From positions 1 through 29,873 of the forward strand of contig DATFML010000361.1 of assembly GCA_035266965.1 (NCBI GenBank): a DNA stretch of 29,873 bases, read 5' to 3'. Numbering within the stretch: the first letter of the stretch is position 1; the number at the start of each line of letters is the position of its first letter. Origin of the DNA: Gammaproteobacteria bacterium (GTDB lineage: Bacteria > Pseudomonadota > Gammaproteobacteria > DATFLG01). This document shows, piece after piece, positions 1 through 7,738 of this stretch. The position numbers and the translations under genes were made by a program. The notes under the pieces are model-generated. The model had not been told where the DNA came from, ran no database searches, and saw nothing but the letters and a program-made list of their open reading frames with translations.

Positions 1-142
1 ACCCGAAGGGCCGGGCCCCATTTTCCGTCCCGCGGCGTTGTCGCTCGCTCATGTAGCCGGGCTACACCGCACTCGCTCCGCCTTGCAGGACGAAAAATGG
101 GGCTCCGGCAGCGGCGACCCCTATAGTGTTAACAGGCCCTAA
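1..142. mobile_element. Partial MITE/REP-like palindromic element (left end cut by window edge)
   Basis: Imperfect inverted repeat CCCCATTTTCCGTCCCGC (~16-33) / GCAGGACGAAAAATGGGG (~85-102) surrounds an inner perfect hairpin TGTAGC-CGG-GCTACA (52-66). It ends in ATAGTGTTAACAGGCCCTAA, which looks like an IS-type terminal repeat. No transposase is present. Confidence 0.55.
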
Positions 143-163
143 CGACCTTTGGATATCACAATC

Positions 164-1774
164 ATGAAGCGCAACACGCTGTATGCATGCCTGATGGGGG
201 CGATGTTGGCCGTCCCCTCCGCACACGCGGGCCAGAAGGAAGACCTCCTGGAACTCAAGGGGACGGTGATCAACCTGCTCAATGCCCTGGTGGAGCAGGG
301 TGTGCTGACCCGGCAGAAGGCTCAGCTGCTGGTCAAACGCGCCGAGGCCGACGCGAAGCGGCAGGCGAAGTCCCCCGCAGCGTCGGGCGAATCGAACAAG
401 AATGTGGTGCGTGTCCCCTACGTCCCCCAGTTCGTCAAGGACCAGATGCGCGAGGAGTTGCGTGCGCAACTGCGCGAAGAGGTCAAGGACGATCTGGTCA
501 CCGAGGCCAAGCAGGATGGCTGGCTGGTGCCCGCATCCCTGCCGGCGTGGGCCAAGCGCTTCAAATTCGGCGGAGACATCCGGTTGCGGGCCGAGGCCGA
601 CCGTTTCGGGAGCGGGAATCCCCCTTACAAATATTTCGACTTCCTTGCCATCAACAAGGCCGGCGGTAGCGGCAAGCTCGACAACCCCTACCTCAACACC
701 ACGGTGAACCGTACCCGCCTGCGGGAACGCCTGCGCTTCGGTTTCAGTGCCAAGGTCACCAACGAGGTCAAGGTGGCCGCGCGTTTGAGCAGCGGCAATC
801 TGCGGGACCCCGTATCCACCAATCAGACCCTGGGCAACTACTTCAATCGCTATCAGGTGGTACTGGACAGGGCCTATCTGCAGTATGCCTTCAAGGGCGC
901 GTCCGGCGATGCCTGGCTGACCCTGTGGGGCGGACGCATGCCCAATCCGTTCTATTCCACCGACCTGGTGTGGGACAAGGATCTGGGATTCGAAGGTCTC
1001 GCCGCAAAATACAAGTACAACATCAACCACGTGCCCTTCGACCGTCAGTCGCTGTTCCTGACCGTGGGCGCCTTTCCCCTGCAGGAAATCGCCCTGTCCG
1101 CCCACGACAAGTGGCTGGTCGGCGGACAGGTGGGTGCGGACCTGCGGTTCTTCGATGACTCGCGCCTGCGACTGGGCCTGGCCTATTACGACTTCCGCAA
1201 CATCACCGGCCAACGCAACGTGCTCAACAGCACGCTGCTGGACTATACGGCGCCGCAGTACATGCAGAAGGGCAATACCCTGTTCGACATCCGCAACGAC
1301 GGCGATCAGAACACCGGACTCTGGGCGTTGGCTGCAAAGTATCGGGAAATCAATCTGACAGCGTCCTACGATTTCGCGCGCTTCAATCCGACCCACATCG
1401 TGCTGACCGCGGATTACGTCAAGAATGTCGGGTTCAGTGAGGAGGGCATCTTTCGCCGTACCGGGGAACACGTGCAACCGCGCACCACAGGTTACCAGAT
1501 TGCCCTCAAGGTGGGTATGCCGCAGGTGCGCCTGTGGACCGACTGGCAGGTGTACGCGGCATACAAGTATCTGGAACGGGATGCGGTCCTCGACGCGTTC
1601 ACGGACTCGGACTTTCACCTGGGCGGCACCGATGCCAAGGGTTGGCTGGTAGGCGGCAAGTACGCCATCGACGACAACGTGTGGTTGGGAGCGCGCTGGC
1701 TGTCCACCGATGCCATCGACGGACCGCCCCTGGCCATCGATATTCTGCAACTGGACATGAATGCCCGCTTCTGA
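164..1774 (+). CDS. Putative outer-membrane porin (Porin_5/PF16930-like) with N-terminal helical extension
   Basis: Signal peptide MKRN...SAHA. Helical N-terminus 'TVINLLNALVEQGVLT...VVRVPYVPQFVKDQMR', followed by a beta-rich body ('GGDIRLR', 'DPVSTNQTLG', 'DLVWDKDLGFEG', 'DSDFHLGGTDAKGW') and a C-terminal Phe (MNARF). The ATG at 164 is preferred over the TTG at 149. Confidence 0.85.
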   Translation: MKRNTLYACLMGAMLAVPSAHAGQKEDLLELKGTVINLLNALVEQGVLTRQKAQLLVKRAEADAKRQAKSPAASGESNKNVVRVPYVPQFVKDQMREELRAQLREEVKDDLVTEAKQDGWLVPASLPAWAKRFKFGGDIRLRAEADRFGSGNPPYKYFDFLAINKAGGSGKLDNPYLNTTVNRTRLRERLRFGFSAKVTNEVKVAARLSSGNLRDPVSTNQTLGNYFNRYQVVLDRAYLQYAFKGASGDAWLTLWGGRMPNPFYSTDLVWDKDLGFEGLAAKYKYNINHVPFDRQSLFLTVGAFPLQEIALSAHDKWLVGGQVGADLRFFDDSRLRLGLAYYDFRNITGQRNVLNSTLLDYTAPQYMQKGNTLFDIRNDGDQNTGLWALAAKYREINLTASYDFARFNPTHIVLTADYVKNVGFSEEGIFRRTGEHVQPRTTGYQIALKVGMPQVRLWTDWQVYAAYKYLERDAVLDAFTDSDFHLGGTDAKGWLVGGKYAIDDNVWLGARWLSTDAIDGPPLAIDILQLDMNARF

Positions 1775-1811
1775 TGGGAGTCGGGCAAGGCGTATCGGCA
1801 GGAGGGTAAAC

Positions 1812-2495
1812 ATGGGATACCGACGGGGGCTGACCATCGTGCTGGTACTCTGCCTCGGCCTGGCTGGTGGCGGCGCCAGGGCGGAGACCGCACGACGGGG
1901 CGGAGACAGCGCTGCGCTGGCGAAGGCCCAGTATTTGCTCAAGCAGCTGTCTTCGGCGAAGGCGGAGCTGCAGACCAAATACGACAAGCTGAAGGCGGCC
2001 AACGACAAACTGAAGGCAGCCAATGCCGGTTTGGAAAAGCAGCTGCACGGGCGCGAGCAGCAACTGGCAACGTCACGCCATCGCAACAACGCCCTCATCG
2101 ACGGCATGAAGAAAGAACGGCAGCGCCTGGTGGACCTGGCCGGCCGCTGGCGGGCCACTGTGGTCGATCTGCATCAGACCCGGCAGGAGAAGCACCGCCT
2201 TCAGCAGGAACTCGCGCAGCAGAGGACGGCATTTCAACAGTGCGACGGCAAGAATATCAAGCTGTACGAGGCGAATGTGGACCTGCTGAAGCGCTATGCC
2301 GACAAAGGGGTTATGGCAGCGCTGCTGCAGAAGGAGCCGGTTACCGGTATCAAGCAGGTGAAGGTTGAAAACATCCTCCAGGAGTACCGGGAAAAGCTCA
2401 AGCGGCTGCGGGTGGAGCAGCTTTCAGGCAGCGCGGACGCGGATTCCTCAAGCAGCACGCAGCCCGCGCGAGCGGCAGGCGGGCCGGGTTCGTAG
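1812..2495 (+). CDS. Secreted/periplasmic coiled-coil protein of the type found next to this porin family
   Basis: GGAGG RBS, signal peptide (…GGARA), long heptad region, and a conserved-looking C-terminal block 'CDGKNIKLYEANVDLLKRY…LLQKEPVTGIKQVKVENILQEYREKL'. It starts 37 bp after the porin stop. Confidence 0.8.
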   Translation: MGYRRGLTIVLVLCLGLAGGGARAETARRGGDSAALAKAQYLLKQLSSAKAELQTKYDKLKAANDKLKAANAGLEKQLHGREQQLATSRHRNNALIDGMKKERQRLVDLAGRWRATVVDLHQTRQEKHRLQQELAQQRTAFQQCDGKNIKLYEANVDLLKRYADKGVMAALLQKEPVTGIKQVKVENILQEYREKLKRLRVEQLSGSADADSSSSTQPARAAGGPGS

Positions 2496-2570
2496 TCCCG
2501 ATCCGGGCGGCCCCGGAAGAAGCGGTGCGCGCCGGCGACGCTCTGCTATGGGAATCTTTGACTCGCCACG

Positions 2571-2966
2571 CTAGTGGCAGCGGGTCATTGCCACCTCGAG
2601 GTCGGTGATCTGGTTCACCAGTAGGTCGCGCCGAACCTTGTTCCTGTAGATGCTCAGCATCTTGTCGCGCCACGTCGGGTGGCGTGTGAGAATCTCTTCC
2701 ACCGCCTTGACTCGGGGTTGGAGTTGCTTCCGGTGCCCACAGATGCACTGTTGGCGGACAGCTGGATTATTCCTGCCGGCGGCAGTGACGCAGGGTGTCA
2801 GAACCTTGCGGTCGATGTCATTGAACGCTTTGACCAGGGCGTCGGTGTCAGAGCTGGCATCCACCTGGAGCCAGGCGGTGGGGCCGGCGATGCTGCCGGT
2901 GCAAGTGGCCATGGTGACGGCAAAGGCCGCGACGCTGATGATGTAACGAATGTGTCCTGGAGCCAT
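2571..2966 (-). CDS. Small secreted hypothetical protein (131 aa, 4 Cys in mature part)
   Basis: AGGAG RBS 9 nt upstream of the ATG at 2966, hydrophobic signal peptide 'YIISVAAFAVTMATCTGSIA', and mature-region motifs TPC, CIC, HPTW and a terminal RCH. Confidence 0.65.
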   Translation of the reverse strand: MAPGHIRYIISVAAFAVTMATCTGSIAGPTAWLQVDASSDTDALVKAFNDIDRKVLTPCVTAAGRNNPAVRQQCICGHRKQLQPRVKAVEEILTRHPTWRDKMLSIYRNKVRRDLLVNQITDLEVAMTRCH

Positions 2967-3157
2967 GAATAGATTCTCCTGGTGTCGTATTCCATGGGGC
3001 GACAAATCGCAAAGAGCAAAAAAAATCAGCGCAGGATCCCATGGCAGTCGAAATCCGGCGTCAGGGTGTATCGTTGGCGAGAATCCGCCAGCGCACGGGC
3101 GCTGTCCGTTACGTTGCATAGACCGGCAAAAGCGGGGCAAGCGCTAATCGAAGGTGC

Positions 3158-3964
3158 TCACTGCGATATTCCCAACGTTTTGGCGAGCTGATCCAGCTTC
3201 GGAACACCCGGACTGCCTTGCCAATGCCCGTGTACGTCCTTGAATACCACCCCCGGAGTCCCCTGGAAATGGAGTTCCTGCATGAGTACCAGGTGCTTGT
3301 GCAATATCTTCCGGTATTTCTCCGGTACCGGCTTCAGCTCTGCTATGCCGCCTTCCTCATTCTTCAAGTCGAAACGCACCTCGTCCTCGGTAAGCGTCTT
3401 CGCCCCGTCCGCCGCCGCCAGGATTGCCGCTGCGCGTCCGGTGCTCGAGTGCTTGAGGAAGCCGACCATCGCCCAGTGGAGCCTGATCTTGCCCGCTCTG
3501 ACCCAAGCCCTGGTTTCTTCCCAGAGCTTGCGACAGTAGTAGCAGTTGGGATCGGCGAAGACGTAGACTTCGGGCGCACCGCGTTTCCCTTCGCTCACCA
3601 GCCCGGGCGAATCGGCGAGTGTCTTGACGACGGCGGCATAATCGGGCTTGGGAATGTATTTCGCGGCGTACGCAGGCGTCAGATTGGTGCCTCGGGCGTC
3701 CAGCAGCGAACCCGATATCAGAAAATTCTTGTAGGTATAGACTACGCCGAACCGGCCGTTCCCGTCCTTGACGACAAAGCCGGTAATTTCGGGTGCGTCC
3801 GTTTTGAATGTCCTGAGCACGACGAAGTCCAGCTTCCTGGCCAGCGGAGCGAGGGCGGCCGGAAGTCTCGCTGCGGTGCGCGCGACTGCCGTTGTGGCCG
3901 AGACGAGGGAGGAGCCGCTGAGCAGGAATAACAGAATAAGACAAGCCAAGGTGCGATTTTTCAT
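3158..3964 (-). CDS. dsbG: Thiol:disulfide interchange protein, DsbG-like
   Basis: Signal peptide, N-terminal dimerisation-type region ('FLISGSLLDARGTNLT'), active site 'VYVFADPNCYYCRKLW', 'VGFLKHSSTGRAAAIL', and cis-Pro loop 'GTP'. Confidence 0.85.
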   Translation of the reverse strand: MKNRTLACLILLFLLSGSSLVSATTAVARTAARLPAALAPLARKLDFVVLRTFKTDAPEITGFVVKDGNGRFGVVYTYKNFLISGSLLDARGTNLTPAYAAKYIPKPDYAAVVKTLADSPGLVSEGKRGAPEVYVFADPNCYYCRKLWEETRAWVRAGKIRLHWAMVGFLKHSSTGRAAAILAAADGAKTLTEDEVRFDLKNEEGGIAELKPVPEKYRKILHKHLVLMQELHFQGTPGVVFKDVHGHWQGSPGVPKLDQLAKTLGISQ

Positions 3965-4417
3965 GAAACATACCCGTTTTTCTGCAACAGACCTTCCGTC
4001 GCGTATATTCAAAGCCTGTCGTGCCGTTGCCCCGACACCGTGCGCTGCAGCTGGTGCGTCTGGCGAGTGCTCCTGGGAAGTACAGTCGGCTCCCGGGCGC
4101 CGGCACCGCCATTGAACGGCGATAGTCCCCGGCGATTAGGGCAGCCAGCATTTCCGGCGCTACATCTCCACCCGCCGAAGAGCGGCAATGGCGCCGCGAT
4201 TGCGATCAACTCCATGCTCAGGCAACAAATCCCGGCTGAAGGGGTTGCACAGCCGCGATCCGATCACCGGAGTTCTTCAGCGACGAATGGTCTCGATTCG
4301 GGGTGAGGACCGTTGGCAACGTCAGGTTCCGTCAACGACAGGCCCCCTGCGCCGCGCCGACGGTGGTCGACAGAGCCTGCTGACATCTGCGCCAACCCGA
4401 TGCGGTCGCGGCCGCCT

Positions 4418-5125
4418 CTACAACTTGCAACCCATCATGGTCAGCCTCAGACGGGTAAAGCTATTGCCCCCCCGATACAGGGTGCAGTCGGGTTTTCCGT
4501 TGGAGGCGGTCCCTGACGTCGCAACGGCGGGTTCAGGCGCCGCGGTCGGCAGGTATGGGTTCTGGCTCGCTGTGGAACCGGTCCTGGAACCGGCTGTAGA
4601 GGATGTCGTGTCGCCGACGATATTGATGTCGATATGGCCATTGTTGCTGTGAACGGTGGTCCGGTCCCGCCACTGGCGCAGGGCGGCGGTAAGGTCGTTC
4701 TCCGCCTGAGCCTGAGCCTGAGCCTGAGCCTGGGTCTTCGGGGCCGTGGAAACTGCCGGCGCCGCCGGTAGGGTCACAGTGGCCGCCGGGGGTTCTGTTG
4801 TGCCTGCCGTTTCGGACGGCTCCGGCCGTACGGGGCCGTGAGGCCGGCTCGGAGTCGAGCTCATACCCTCTGGCGCTGCGGCCGCAGGAGCGGCCTCCGG
4901 AGGGCGGGTTCCAGCGGCAGCGTGCGGCTGAACGGCCGACACAGGGCCGGAGTGTAGGCCGTAGCGCGAGTCGCGCCGGGCCTGAGGGTTTGTCTGCGCG
5001 TGCGCCGTGCCGGGCTGTGAGGCGACCACGGGAGCGGCAGTGGGTTGGTCTCGGGTGCCCTCCATCCAGGCGACGGCGAGGGCGAGGGCAGCGGCGCCGG
5101 CGACGTAGGCGGCGGGACGATTCAT
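4418..5125 (-). CDS. Hypothetical membrane-anchored Pro/Ala/Thr-rich protein
   Basis: GAGG RBS 5 nt before the ATG, an N-terminal hydrophobic anchor (YVAGAAALALAVAW), a low-complexity linker with QAQAQAQAQA, and a short C-terminal segment containing two Cys. Confidence 0.55.
   Translation of the reverse strand: MNRPAAYVAGAAALALAVAWMEGTRDQPTAAPVVASQPGTAHAQTNPQARRDSRYGLHSGPVSAVQPHAAAGTRPPEAAPAAAAPEGMSSTPSRPHGPVRPEPSETAGTTEPPAATVTLPAAPAVSTAPKTQAQAQAQAQAENDLTAALRQWRDRTTVHSNNGHIDINIVGDTTSSTAGSRTGSTASQNPYLPTAAPEPAVATSGTASNGKPDCTLYRGGNSFTRLRLTMMGCKL
4704..4732. repeat. Hexanucleotide tandem repeat (GCCTGA)x4.8
   Basis: GCCTGAGCCTGAGCCTGAGCCTGAGCCTG is read directly; it encodes (QA)n in the minus-strand ORF. 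Confidence 0.95.
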
Positions 5126-5336
5126 GGCAACCTCGTTCCGAAATTGAAAGCGATGGGAAGTTATGTGGGAAGCTTACCGGCGGATCGTGAAACTTTGATT
5201 AACCGGACAGGTCGGTCTGCGCACCAAGGCGCCTGGGGCGGCGTCCTATTGTTACAATTGCATGAAAAATGCCTTCAATGCGGGGTCACAGCATTAGAAG
5301 GGACGGTTGTATCTGTGTGTTCAATCTCTCTACATA

Positions 5337-5834
5337 ATCGTCGTGGCGGGCCACGCGACGCAGAGCAACTCCGGCCAGGATTTCGCGGTTGCCCGCTACA
5401 AGCCGGACGGGACTCTCGATACCGCTTTCGGAAAAGGGGGTATCGTCATTACGCCCGTGGGAAGCAGTACGGTTGACAGTGCCCAGTCTGTAGTGGTCCA
5501 GCCGGACGGAAAGGTCGTCGCTGCCGGCTATAGTGGCACCAGTTCCCAATATCAACTGGCTTTGGCCCGCTATGATGCCGACGGTAGCCTCGATACCGCA
5601 TTCAACGCATCCGGATCCAAGCCCGGAACCGTCACCACCACGGTAGGTTCGGCACCGGACAGCCGGATCTATGCGGCCGCCTTGGAGCCCGATGGCAAGA
5701 TTGTTGTGGGCGGAGCCAGTGGGTCGAGTTCGGCGTACAAAGTCATGGTCGCACGCTAAATCGCTGTAAATGCCCCATGGGGCCTTACACCGGATGCGTT
5801 CAGCTTCTCCGACGCCACCGGCGCTGAGCCGGGT
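5337..5834 (+). pseudogene. Fragment of a delta-60 repeat (DUF5122/TIGR02608-like) surface protein with an internal nonsense codon
   Basis: About 2.5 repeats of 'VARY..DGTLDTAF...QPDGKVV.AG'. There is no signal peptide or credible start. TAA at 5757-5759 falls where the repeat has Tyr (VAR-Y), and the same frame continues protein-like as 'IAVNAPWGLTPDAFSFSDATGAEPG'. Confidence 0.7.
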
Positions 5835-5895
5835 CACCGGGATCGACAAGGGGGAATCGGAGGCAGTTGGGGGAACGCGAACGGGGTCGGCACCC

Positions 5896-5992
5896 GGGGA
5901 TCCTCTGCGCAGGCTGCTGAAGCGGCGCTCACGGCGTTGCAAGGACGCTGGGAATGCGGGATCGCGAAGCGACAGGCCCTTTGTAGACTGCG
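5896..5992 (+). repeat. 97-bp dispersed repeat, copy 1 (MITE-like remnant)
   Basis: About 84/97 identical by hand alignment to 18655-18751. Near its right end it carries GACAGGCCCT. Confidence 0.9.
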
Positions 5993-6304
5993 TCGCGGTG
6001 CCGGTGGCCGTCGGGCCGGATGAAGACGAACACTGTAAGGGCAGGGCGTCGTTGTGGCCGCTGGCATAAACAGGCCGCCCGCGTTGGGCTTTGGCGGGCA
6101 CCTGAAACCACGGGGGCTCGCGGTTGGCGACTTCCCACGTCTGCATGGGGCCGGTGCACCGTTCAGCCGGGTTCCGTGCCGATGCACAGGGGCCGCGCCA
6201 CAGGGCATGACAAGGGACGCCGGGCATTGGCGGGCGCGCGTGCGCACCGGAGCCGCTCGCTGCACGAGGGTGCGCCGATGCGCCGTCGGGTCAACCGGAG
6301 GCGC

Positions 6305-6354
6305 AAAAGAAAACGGCCGCAGCGACACCCGTGGATCAGGATGCCCCTGCGGCC
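6305..6354 (-). terminator. Probable intrinsic terminator of the PEP-CTERM gene
   Basis: GGCCGCAG (6315-6322) / CTGCGGCC (6347-6354) form an inverted repeat, followed on the minus strand by TTTTCTTTT. It lies ~50 nt after the stop; the loop is unusually long. Confidence 0.5.
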
Positions 6355-6406
6355 AATGGGCTGGCGGGGGGAGATTGTTTATGAATTGCCGGTCGAGCGC
6401 GGTGTC

Positions 6407-7252
6407 TTAGGCTTTCATGCTGCGGCGTCGGGCGACGCCGACCAGTCCGATCAGCCCGGAGCTGAACAGCCACACGGCCGCCGGTACCGGTACCGCCGTC
6501 AGCGCGAGATTGCCGTCCGCGCCCAGGGTCAGATCACCGGGGCTTACGGTATGACCGCCGACACTGGTGATCCCGCTCAGGAAGCTGCTGGTGCTGGCTC
6601 CTCCGCCGAGCTGCAGCGTGAAGACCGAGTTGCCTCCGGCGATGGTGTTGGGACTGAAGATGTTCTTGTCGTAGTTGTCCACCTTGAAGTCAAGGGAAGT
6701 CACGCCCAGGTTGCTCGGCCCGAACGTCCCCGAGCCGCCTACGATGGTACCGCTCAGAATCGGGTTGCCGCTCGTGAACCCGCTGTCGGTGGAGAAGTTG
6801 TAGCTGGGGGTTCCGCTCAGGTACAGCTTCGCGTTGCCGCCCGTCAGGGAGAAGGTCGTGATGCCCCCGGAGGTGGAGTTGATCTTTTCCTGGAAGTTGC
6901 CCGCCAGGGTCAACTGGTAACCGGAACCGCTTCCCGTGCTGTTCAGGTGCGGCGCGGCCACGCCGGTCCCGTTCAGGTCGTGCTGCACCACATAATCCTG
7001 AATGTAGCCGTTGTACATGTCACCCGTCGCCGGTGATGCTGGCGAGCCGGTGTTGCCGGCTTGACCTTGCAGCAACACGTCGCCTACGCCGAGGTCGTAG
7101 GAGTCGAAGGGGCCCACTGTGTCCCCATTGCTCACGCCGTTGGGGCCAGCGGCGTAGTTCGCGGTACCCGTCCATGGGACCGAGGCGGCGCTCGCGGACG
7201 CGGCAAACAACACTCCTGCGATGGCGACCGGAATAGTCGTCTTCAGTTTCAT
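6407..7252 (-). CDS. VPLPA-CTERM/PEP-CTERM-type sorted surface protein
   Basis: GGAGG RBS, signal peptide (…ASASA), Gly/Ser/Thr-rich body, and a C-terminal sorting signal 'AVPVPAAVWLFSSGLIGLVGVARRR' (motif, TM helix, basic tail). Confidence 0.9.
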   Translation of the reverse strand: MKLKTTIPVAIAGVLFAASASAASVPWTGTANYAAGPNGVSNGDTVGPFDSYDLGVGDVLLQGQAGNTGSPASPATGDMYNGYIQDYVVQHDLNGTGVAAPHLNSTGSGSGYQLTLAGNFQEKINSTSGGITTFSLTGGNAKLYLSGTPSYNFSTDSGFTSGNPILSGTIVGGSGTFGPSNLGVTSLDFKVDNYDKNIFSPNTIAGGNSVFTLQLGGGASTSSFLSGITSVGGHTVSPGDLTLGADGNLALTAVPVPAAVWLFSSGLIGLVGVARRRSMKA

Positions 7253-7362
7253 TGAGAATCCTCCATGAAGTTGCACTGTAAACTCCGAGCCGGTGCCAAA
7301 TCCACGGCGGTCCTAACGCCCGCCGGCGTGGTCTTTCGCACTCGGCATCCGCAGGCCAGGGA

Positions 7363-7378
7363 TGCAGAACGCGTGCCA
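7363..7378 (-). promoter_or_regulatory. Sigma-54 (-24/-12) promoter of the PEP-CTERM gene
   Basis: The minus strand reads TGGCACGCGTTCTGCA (GG-N10-GC), about 110 nt upstream of the ATG. Confidence 0.7.
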
Positions 7379-7447
7379 CCAAGCATGTACTTGTAAGGTA
7401 CTGAACAGGAAAACTAAATAAGATCTCTTCGAGCCCCCAACAGGGGT

Positions 7448-7465
7448 GTGTAAAGGAGCTCGAAA
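7448..7465. promoter_or_regulatory. Candidate PEP-CTERM-box enhancer site
   Basis: GTGTAAAGGAGCTCGAAA lies ~70 nt upstream of the -24 element. It resembles the TGTAAA/TTTACA-containing boxes I recall upstream of PEP-CTERM genes (recalled, not verified). Confidence 0.4.
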
Positions 7466-7738
7466 AGCACAAAAAAAGCGTAAGAACCGTGTATTAGTAG
7501 TAATCTCGGAGACTTATGATTATATTGTGGCTTTAATATACTAATTAATATGTGGAAACATCATCGACAATTTTCGGAGGTCTTTCCATCGATTCCGTCT
7601 CTACGGATTGCGTCCCCCGTCTCGCCGTTGGCCGGAGCGCCGTGGTTGTTTCGACAAAGGGGTTGCAGAGTCCGGAACCGGGGGTGTGTGGACGTTCGTC
7701 GACCCGGAGGCCGGGAAGGCTCGTCGATTCGCCTGGGC

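Noticed and set aside
62-2158. 698-aa minus-strand ORF
   Set aside because: Antisense shadow of the porin and coiled-coil genes, with no recognisable motifs. Long shadow ORFs are expected in high-GC DNA.
5248-5275. ATTGTTACAAT palindrome and a weak GG-N10-GC on the minus strand
   Set aside because: The -24 element is a poor match (AGGCAT), and short palindromes like this are not distinctive without comparative support.
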